Shown piece after piece: positions 60,001-64,000 of a stretch of 64,000 bases of DNA. Every line of letters begins with the position of its first letter. Positions within the stretch are counted from its first letter, which is position 1. The DNA lies in the NCBI RefSeq assembly GCF_006345805.1, contig NC_042998.1:185318001-185382000 (forward strand), given 5' to 3'. The position numbers were made by a program, and so were the translations under genes. The notes beneath the pieces were generated by a model. It ran no database searches, was not told where the DNA came from, and was given only the letters and a program-made list of their open reading frames with translations. The DNA comes from Octopus sinensis. Its lineage: Eukaryota.

Positions 60001-62953
60001 ATCAAGTCAAGATGAGATGAAATAGTTACCTTCAGACTTTACTTCAAATGTTATATAAGGCATAGATGCAGCAACATCCAGTAAATTTTTATATTCTTCA
60101 TCACTCAAGTTACGAAGAATGAATCGACGGTCATCATCTTTCATGAGCAAAAAGTCTTTCACACTTCGAATATTTCTCTAAAAGATTACAAATGTATATT
60201 TTCTTACATATATATTTACATATATATACACACACACATAATTAAAAACATTAATATTTTTACATTTTAATATTTCTCATGAAAAAGTATTATTCATCAT
60301 TCATCATTGTTTAACATCCGCTTTCCATGCTGGCATGGGTTGGACGGTTTGACTGAGGACTGGTGAACCAGAGGCTGCACCAGGTTCTATTTATATTAGT
60401 TCCAATATAGCAGAAATTATTTTAGTTTTTGTATAAAGATTGTAATGATACAGCAGGCACAGTGCTAACTGTTAGAAAAGAAATAATAGTCGATTGAACT
60501 CTCCCCTGTATACTCTCTTTTACTCTTTTACTTGTTTCAGTCATTTGACTGCAGCCATGCTAGAGCACCGCCTTTAATGTATATTACTTTTAATTTTACC
60601 ATCCTGTGAGATTTGAAATAGAAATATAAAAGAGATTTAAATCTTGTAAAGTTTTTATCTGTATCATTCACATACTTCATAATCAATGAAAAAATACAAA
60701 GGTTAAAAGTTAATGTTTGTCTATAATACTGAATGACTAGATTATATACAAGAATCAATATCTTACTTTACGACAAACAAAGTATTTCAACATATCCTGT
60801 GTTATGCAAGGCAGCTGAAGAAGAGCAGGGGACTTCTCCTGAAGAGCTTGGGTTAGCAGCTGAGATAATTTCATTATATTTTCAAGAGTATCCAAAGTGG
60901 GCATAGAAAAACCTACAAGAAATGAAAGTATGCACAATTGTTTTTATATCATTAGAACAATTATCATCATTTTTAATGCTCACATGGGTCCGAAAGAAAT
61001 TGTGGAGGTGAATATTTTACAGCTAGATGTTCTTCCTATTGCCAACACTTGCCCATTTCCAAGTAGGGTCACATTCCCCCATGACCAGACATGTTTTCAT
61101 GGATTGAAAATGAAGGACACTGCTTGTATGACATTGACACTCATTTACAGCTTTCATGCGATGTCAAAGCTAAGAGACACTAACACACACAAATATATAC
61201 AAATATGATGAACTTCCATAGTTTCCATCAACCAAGTCTACTCACAAGGTTTTGGTTGGCCCTTGGTTATAGAAGACACCTGCCCAAAGTGCCATGCAGT
61301 GGGACTGAACCCAAAACCATGTGATTACGAAGCAAGCTTCTTACCACACAACCACACCTGTGCCTATATATATATATGCACTAAAACTTAATAATTAGCA
61401 ACAAAATTCAATAATATTCTTTGCTAATTATTATCAACATTACCCTTATATCAATATCAATTTTTCCCACATTTGTATTAATTGATCATACCAGCAGAAT
61501 ACAATACCTCCATTTGTCGTGATTCTGCAGATCTGAGAATATCACATGCCAACCAAACAATATTCTCATACCTAACCCTATAATTTTTTACCATAGTTTT
61601 CTTGACCTATTATTATATGTACTCTGCATTGTCAGCTCTTAGCACTTTTTCCCCAACTAATCATTCGTTCTTAATACACACCAAATTCTATACAACCATC
61701 TCTTTTGCACATATTAACCAGGGCTTTTCTCAACTCAGTTTAAATCAGCCTTTCTCATAGATTAACAGCTCATCAGGCAGATATGATGGTCACTTCTCTT
61801 CAACTGCAGTAGATTTCCTCTGCATACAGCCCATATTTCACAATATACAGTATCACACATCTAATAGTCTGGCCTTTGAATGTAGAAAAAAGCTAAAATG
61901 GATTATGTGAATAAAAAATAAAAGAAATAGTAATTTCTAATGTTAACTGCCAGAAGTGATCAAATAAGATAAAAATGTTTACTGGCCTTTATTGAATAGT
62001 AAATATATTTTTTAAACTCTTAAGAATATAAAAAAAAATTAATAAATCACAAACCACCAGCAGAAGACAATGCATTGAATCAATCAAGCAATAGAACATA
62101 ATATAACATATATGTGTTTGATAAGTGTCATACATGAAACTATTAGCCTTCAAGTCACTTTGTAACTTAATGCCAATTATCCTCATCATTTAACCTCCAT
62201 GTCCCAGGCTGGCATGGAAAATCTTGCCCAGGATATTAATCTCCTGGAAGCCGTTCAGCGACGTGCAACCAAGAGAATACCCTCCATCAGACATTTGCCA
62301 TATTCTGAACGCCTTACTTCCCTGGGCATGGACACATTGAAACTTCGACGTCTGGCAGCTGACTTGGCAGACACCCATAAAATTATTAACCAGCTTACAA
62401 ACAATAACTCTGAGCACCTTTTCAAACTCCACCTGTCTAACACCCGTGGACATGTTTACAAAGTCAGAAAACAGCACAGCTCCCATGACTTTCGGAAACA
62501 TTTTTTCACGCTAAGAGTTGCTGAAGCATGGAACAAACTGCCGGCATCAGTTGTTAGTTATCGGAGCACTGCATCCTTCAAAACTTCCATGCTTCCTGAG
62601 ATTCGCCAACACTACACCTGATTTTCTCCCCTCCATACACACACAAGCATGTATCTGACTCATACACTGTTCACTTTCCAGACATTTGTACATTACTGCA
62701 TATGCTTTATACGCACTTTTGACAAGTTGTGGTGCACCTGAGCACTGTATACAATAATTTCATTATTATTATAGGGAGATACAGATAGATAAGAATGAGG
62801 TAGTGATATGCAGAAAGAGACAGAAAAAGATGGATATAATGACGATTGGTTTTCACTTACATTTGCCATGAACTGCTCCACCAACTAACTGAGGAACAAC
62901 ATTCACCATTTCATTGATCAAGCTGGGACATTTCTTTAATATATATTGTTTAT
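48195..62953 (-). CDS. SEC63: Translocation protein SEC63 homolog, nine 3' exons (5'-partial)
   Basis: Exons 62861-62953, 60767-60912, 60030-60177, 58054-58235, 54558-54776, 53270-53494, 51375-51473, 50560-50664 and 48195-48332 join in frame. Motifs KKCPSLINEMVNV, TLDTLENIMKLSQ, LLQLP, ETKSKESHPVHCPYFP, EKQECWWLYIADRK, KFSAPRKPG, LRSDSY, HPQWE and an acidic tail match the animal SEC63 C-terminus. Confidence 0.95.
48725..49020 (-). mobile_element. SINE family 1
   Basis: Body and tail. Confidence 0.88.
49030..49480 (-). pseudogene. Degenerate RTE-type LINE fragment including a Cys/His-rich segment
   Basis: WPCLICRKGVGKNSIRCTWCKLWTNKRCSNI, VVDSFHYLG, SESVAARIRIAWAKFKELLPLL, YDACVRTAMLHGSEIWA. 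Confidence 0.85.
50560..50664 (-). CDS. SEC63: SEC63 exon IEVKFSAPRKPGIYHYSVYLRSDSYLDSDQVHGLR
   Basis: AG/GTAAG ends, 105 nt. Confidence 0.95.
50785..51340 (-). mobile_element. SINE family 1, longest copy
   Basis: 4 modules plus 5' extension. Confidence 0.9.
51375..51473 (-). CDS. SEC63: SEC63 exon EKQECWWLYIADRKQKMLISAPVFISSLKYEEK
   Basis: AG/GTAAAT ends, 99 nt. Confidence 0.95.
51654..51874. mobile_element. piggyBac-like MITE
   Basis: TTAA flanks (51650-51653, 51875-51878); ends CTCTTTAG...CTAAAGGG. Confidence 0.7.
52124..52487 (+). mobile_element. RTE-clade LINE 3' fragment
   Basis: LLQRRLRWFGHACRRPVGELS; CAAGTACAAGTA tail. Confidence 0.88.
52912..53195 (+). mobile_element. CR1/L2-group LINE 3' end (second subfamily)
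   Basis: [10 protein letters not shown] end plus a 3' UTR shared with 62192-62772. Confidence 0.88.
53270..53494 (-). CDS. SEC63: SEC63 acidic exon TAEVENGK...HPVHCPYFPI
   Basis: Inside ORF 53213..53530; CAG/GTGAG ends, 225 nt. Confidence 0.93.
54558..54776 (-). CDS. SEC63: SEC63 Lys/Ala-rich exon VTESPQRRPLRPWEKKKKK...PASSE
   Basis: TAG/GTATT ends, 219 nt, phase 0-0, open frame. Confidence 0.85.
56488..56935 (+). mobile_element. Probable Helitron 5' portion
   Basis: A^TCTCTTATTATAAAAGGCAG terminus like the other Helitrons here; 3' end not found. Confidence 0.5.
56936..57259 (+). mobile_element. Probable piggyBac-like left end
   Basis: CCCTTTCGTTAC start and a SSSESEFEGFSTED-type acidic remnant. 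Confidence 0.45.
57260..57654 (+). mobile_element. Helitron family A
   Basis: TC...CTAG; matches 3122-3512. Confidence 0.87.
57655..58019 (+). mobile_element. Helitron (third family) ending in a perfect 32-bp palindrome
   Basis: TATATATATAAACGGC start; ACTAGCACTATGACCCGGGTCATAGTGCTAGT end. Confidence 0.72.
58054..58235 (-). CDS. SEC63: SEC63 exon (V)IDDDDSTITAGSIVTVTVNLKRESM...EAESR
   Basis: CAG acceptor; donor GTTTGT is weaker, so the 3' end is less certain. Confidence 0.88.
59175..59575 (-). mobile_element. SINE family 1, subfamily B, long copy
   Basis: 5' extension shared with 9290-9400. Confidence 0.9.
59753..59990 (+). mobile_element. SINE family 3, full length
   Basis: Flanked by an AGGTATTTCAAGAAA duplication. 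Confidence 0.92.
60030..60177 (-). CDS. SEC63: SEC63 exon RNIRSVKDFLLMKDDDRR...MPYITFEVKSE
   Basis: TAG/GTAAC ends, 148 nt. Confidence 0.93.
60767..60912 (-). CDS. SEC63: SEC63 exon FSMPTLDTLENIMKLSQ...KYFVCRK
   Basis: Inside ORF 60755..60937; TAG/GTAAG ends. Confidence 0.93.
62192..62772 (+). mobile_element. CR1/L2-group LINE 3' fragment
   Basis: 140-aa ORF 62199..62621 similar to the C-terminus of the 716-aa ORF. Confidence 0.92.
62861..62953 (-). CDS. SEC63: SEC63 exon KQYILKKCPSLINEMVNVVPQLVGGAVHGK
   Basis: CAG/GTAAG ends, 93 nt. Confidence 0.9.
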
Positions 62954-63249
62954 CTGAAATAAAAGAAATATTTGTAATTTAATACAAACAGATTTTTTCA
63001 AAATAACTGGAAACAGTTTTGCTTTAATTTAAACTGCCTTTGGTTTCATTATCAAGCAATAATCTAAAGATTGAAATAATATATTTTTTAAAGTAATAAT
63101 CTAAAGCTCAAAATGATATTTAGGTTATTGCAGCCTTCCATGCTGACATAGGTTGTACAGTCTGGCAGAACCCAACAAATCTGAGGGTCACATTGTGCTT
63201 CAATGTCTGCTTTGGCATAACCTCAATGGTTGAATGCTCTTACTAATGC

Positions 63250-63650
63250 CAACTACATGACCAGAAGCAGTGAATTATAGTACCTATCTACACCCTGTAG
63301 ACGGGACCATTTTTGAATTCTTTTCCCAACAGACTGGCACGAAGTTACACACTCCAACCTCTGACAGACCAACATATTATTTCCTCCCTCTGCCAATTCT
63401 ACTTTTTCTACCAAAGCCTAGCCAGGCTCATGGGCCCGGTTTCTCGGTTTCAATAGCATATGTGTTCCCCAGCTGGACGGGACGCCAATCCATCGCAGCA
63501 TTACTCATTTTTGCAAGCTGAGTGAACTGGACCAATGTGAAATGAAGTGTTTTGCTCAAGAACACAATGTGTCGCCCGGTCAAGGAATCGAAACCACAAT
63601 CTCACGATCATGATGCTGACACCCTAACCACTAAGCCACACGCCTCCACT
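63250..63650 (-). mobile_element. tRNA-derived SINE with V-like domain
   Basis: Minus head GGCTTAGTGGTTAGGGTG...GGTTTCGATTCC, GTGTTCTTGAGCAAAACAC core, GATGGATTGGCGTCCCGTCCAG. Confidence 0.72.
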
Positions 63651-64000
63651 CTGCCATTTCTACTGTTACACTCCCAGCTCATTTATTTCTCCTTATCCCA
63701 CCACTCATAATTATGCCCAAACCTGTAAGACCCACACCTGCCATTTATATCCAGTGCCCCCACACACCTACCCTAACACCAGCTCTCTAGAGTTCCCTCC
63801 TAGCAGCCAACTTTGAATTGATTAAGAATGACATTCACTGTGACAATTTCACCAGTCTTGGAAGGCCTGCAAAGACAACAGGTGCAGCCCCACTTCAAAC
63901 CAATACAGTGAATAACAAAAGCTGAAAATTATGAACATTAAGCTTTTAAGGATAGGACAAAATACATGCAAAAGCAATTTTGAACATATAACATATGGTT

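Noticed and set aside
856-63650. tRNA genes at the heads of several repeats
   Set aside because: A/B-box-like motifs run straight into SINE bodies and no complete cloverleaf could be supported.

Overview
Repeat-rich, AT-rich animal genomic DNA, most likely an octopus or other coleoid cephalopod; this is inferred from the SINE/LINE families present, not from a database search. Two spliced protein-coding genes lie on the minus strand, both reconstructed by hand from GT-AG junctions with continuous reading frame. (1) The nine 3' exons of SEC63 (62953 to the stop at 48195); the 5' part lies beyond the right edge. (2) A gene of at least 12 exons encoding a DUF885-family protein, a mainly bacterial family with a HExxPGHH / EGW motif; 442 codons run from a candidate ATG at 35768 to 470, and the gene continues past the left edge. 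The rest is transposon-derived: about five SINE families, a CR1/L2-group LINE with a 716-codon open ORF, RTE-clade fragments, non-autonomous Helitrons, and mariner, Tc2/pogo, piggyBac and Merlin-like MITEs. The most notable observations are the intron-rich bacterial-type DUF885 gene with two candidate first exons, two different Helitrons inserted at the same position of a ~170-bp repeat unit, several near-perfect intronic hairpins, a pristine MITE with an 8-bp target-site duplication (TSD), and a SINE with an internal array of palindromic modules. Most ORFs in the supplied track are repeat artefacts.
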